DNA from: Haliotis cracherodii
Taxonomy: Eukaryota
DNA: 64,000 nucleotides
NCBI RefSeq assembly: GCF_022045235.1
Contig: NW_027266286.1
Coordinates: 16,182,001 to 16,246,000, forward strand
Reading direction: 5' to 3'
In this document: in pieces, positions 62,301 through 64,000 of the stretch
Numbering within the stretch: position 1 is the stretch's first letter
Layout of the letters: every line of letters starts with the position of its first letter
Program-made: the position numbers and the translations under genes
Notes under the pieces: model-generated
What the model was told of the DNA's origin: nothing
The model's input: the letters and a program-made list of their open reading frames with translations, nothing else
The model's database searches: none

Positions 62301-62853
62301 TTGGCTAGTATCGACTTCTTGTCAGTCATTTCATTGGTTGTCAAAGTGCGCGAAGGTTCTGACGTGACCCGTAATGGGATGTCCTCAGATTTTTATTTAG
62401 CTGTATAAAGAACTAAGATTTCATTTGATTGAGATTGAATATACCCAAGTACATAGATCAACATATAAAGGTCATATATCAACTGTGATAAACGTGATAG
62501 CTTCCGTAGTTCACACTGAATTCAGAACTCAAAAGTGAAAGTAGCTGTGGTGTTATAAAAGCTCAAGTCAGTTTGGTGACTATTAGTACCATAGTAGGAA
62601 ATACATGGACACTTTTTAAACATATTATTTTAACTGATACATTCAAAATGGATGTGGTGATTAACCAAGTTATGAAGTAACAAAACAAATTAAGCGTAGC
62701 TGCATAAGTAGTTTTACATGAACTGTCTAATTAACATTATGAAGTATAAATGAAGTGGCAAAACTACTGGTTTAGTCTCAAGACCCTCATACCACTGACA
62801 GTCTAGTTCCAAACTTTGTTTACCAATAAGTGGTTATGAAGTAACAAGACAAA

Positions 62854-63717
62854 TTAAACCAAGCTGCACCATGTAGATTGCCATGAACTGATAGTAGACT
62901 CTACGGTGTCGTCTCCAGGTCGGACACGCGGCTTTAGTGCCAGCATAGACTTCAACAGGGCGGCTTTCTGTCTGTTGGACACATGCGTCGTGACTGCGCT
63001 CTTGATCTCTCCTTGACTTGCTTGATGAAACACTTCACTTGAATGTGGGATGACTGGCCACATTAGAGTATGAGTGCCGGCGTTGAAGGTTTGCAAAGAA
63101 TACATGGCGTAGAAGACCACCCCAAGAGAGAAAATATCACATGCTTCGGTATAGTTACCAGAGTCAACCTCAGGAGCCATAAAGAGGGGGGTGCCACAAC
63201 CTGTATTCAAATAGTAGGTGGAGGACATTGTTGCCGTGACACCAGATGTAGGAAAGGTGAATCGAGCAAGTCCCAAATCTGCAATCTTGCAGATGGGATC
63301 TCTGAGAAATCGTGCTACCAGCAGAATGTTGTCAGGTTTGATATCTCTGTGGACGATACCGTTGTCGTGGAGACCCTGAATACCTCGAGCCATGTCAAGC
63401 ATGAAATTACATATAGTTTCCTCCCCTGGTCTGTTTTGAATCATGTAGTCATTCAGCGTTCCAAGGCCACAGTACTCCATTAGAATATAGACCTCATCAT
63501 TAGAGATCAGCTCATCGAACAATTTCACAATATTGTCATGATCAGCGCACGCCTTGAGTGTTCTTATTTCCCTCATAATACCTGTTTGATCTAGGGAGGG
63601 CGTCTTCTTTAGTTTCTTCAGGGCATATAGTTGACCATCAATTGTCACCTTGTACACAACACCGAACTGACCTTCTCCAAGTTTTCCATGGTCTATGTAA
63701 CTTTGTTCAGCCCCCAT
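62854..63717 (-). CDS. PDIK1L/STK35-like kinase K3 (287 aa, uninterrupted CDS; DLG instead of DFG; N-terminal MGAEQS, C-terminal CSLV)
   Basis: The ATG at 63717 is positionally homologous to the K1 and K2 starts; catalytic residues intact. Confidence 0.9.
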   Translation of the reverse strand: MGAEQSYIDHGKLGEGQFGVVYKVTIDGQLYALKKLKKTPSLDQTGIMREIRTLKACADHDNIVKLFDELISNDEVYILMEYCGLGTLNDYMIQNRPGEETICNFMLDMARGIQGLHDNGIVHRDIKPDNILLVARFLRDPICKIADLGLARFTFPTSGVTATMSSTYYLNTGCGTPLFMAPEVDSGNYTEACDIFSLGVVFYAMYSLQTFNAGTHTLMWPVIPHSSEVFHQASQGEIKSAVTTHVSNRQKAALLKSMLALKPRVRPGDDTVESTISSWQSTWCSLV

Positions 63718-64000
63718 ATTGAGTTGCTTCCTGGTGAACACGGGTGTTGTGAATTCATATGATATAGTTAGCCTCAAGTTTGTAATTGATATCTTTCCCC
63801 TAACAACCAAGCCTCGTTCTCAAGTGCGACCTACAAACAGTAATTACAATTTGCTAGCAGATGACATATTCACTCTCTAGTTTCTGTCAGCTGGATAATC
63901 AGGTTTCTACTAAAACAACTGTATTTTTGTACTTTTATTAGTTTTCCATGTTACGAAATATATTCACTGAATATAATTATGCTTTTCACCTGATAATAAG

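Noticed and set aside
63718-63810. N-terminal extensions of the kinase ORFs in the ORF track (also 42971-42994 and 56591-56614)
   Set aside because: They rely on non-ATG starts; the homologous ATGs lie just downstream in all three paralogues.

Overview
AT-rich, intron-containing animal genomic DNA. Its SINE/MITE content resembles, from recall only, a gastropod mollusc, probably abalone (Haliotis). Genes supported by the sequence: (1) a two-exon, ~859-aa atypical protein kinase (11619-14809, +) with a 17-aa tandem-repeat region, an IND catalytic loop in place of HRD and a hydrophobic C-terminal tail, downstream of a triple-CRE cluster; (2) a head-to-head pair of paralogous proteins whose only recognisable domain is a C-terminal SOCS box (15993-18164 minus; 19992-20921 plus); (3) the 5' half of a FAAP100 homologue (31897-35331, +); (4) three PDIK1L/STK35-like kinase paralogues with uninterrupted CDSs on the minus strand (42122-42970, 55739-56590, 62854-63717). 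The last two sit in a recent segmental duplication in which the coding sequence has diverged more than the non-coding flanks. Two of the three share a conserved upstream IRF-like + STAT(GAS)-like block, and one carries both an MGxxxS myristoylation motif and a terminal CaaX. The rest is repeats: four SINE-like families, MITEs, a decayed Tc1 nested in a LINE, a DIRS-like fragment, a PHD-finger-bearing TIR element, minisatellites and hairpin elements. The best candidate for an undescribed system is a fast-evolving, possibly STAT/IRF-inducible kinase array plus SOCS-box E3-adaptor pair. A second candidate is a SINE-like element with no tRNA head whose fixed 5' end folds into a compact pseudoknot (possible ribozyme). 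All assignments come from manual reading; no searches were run.
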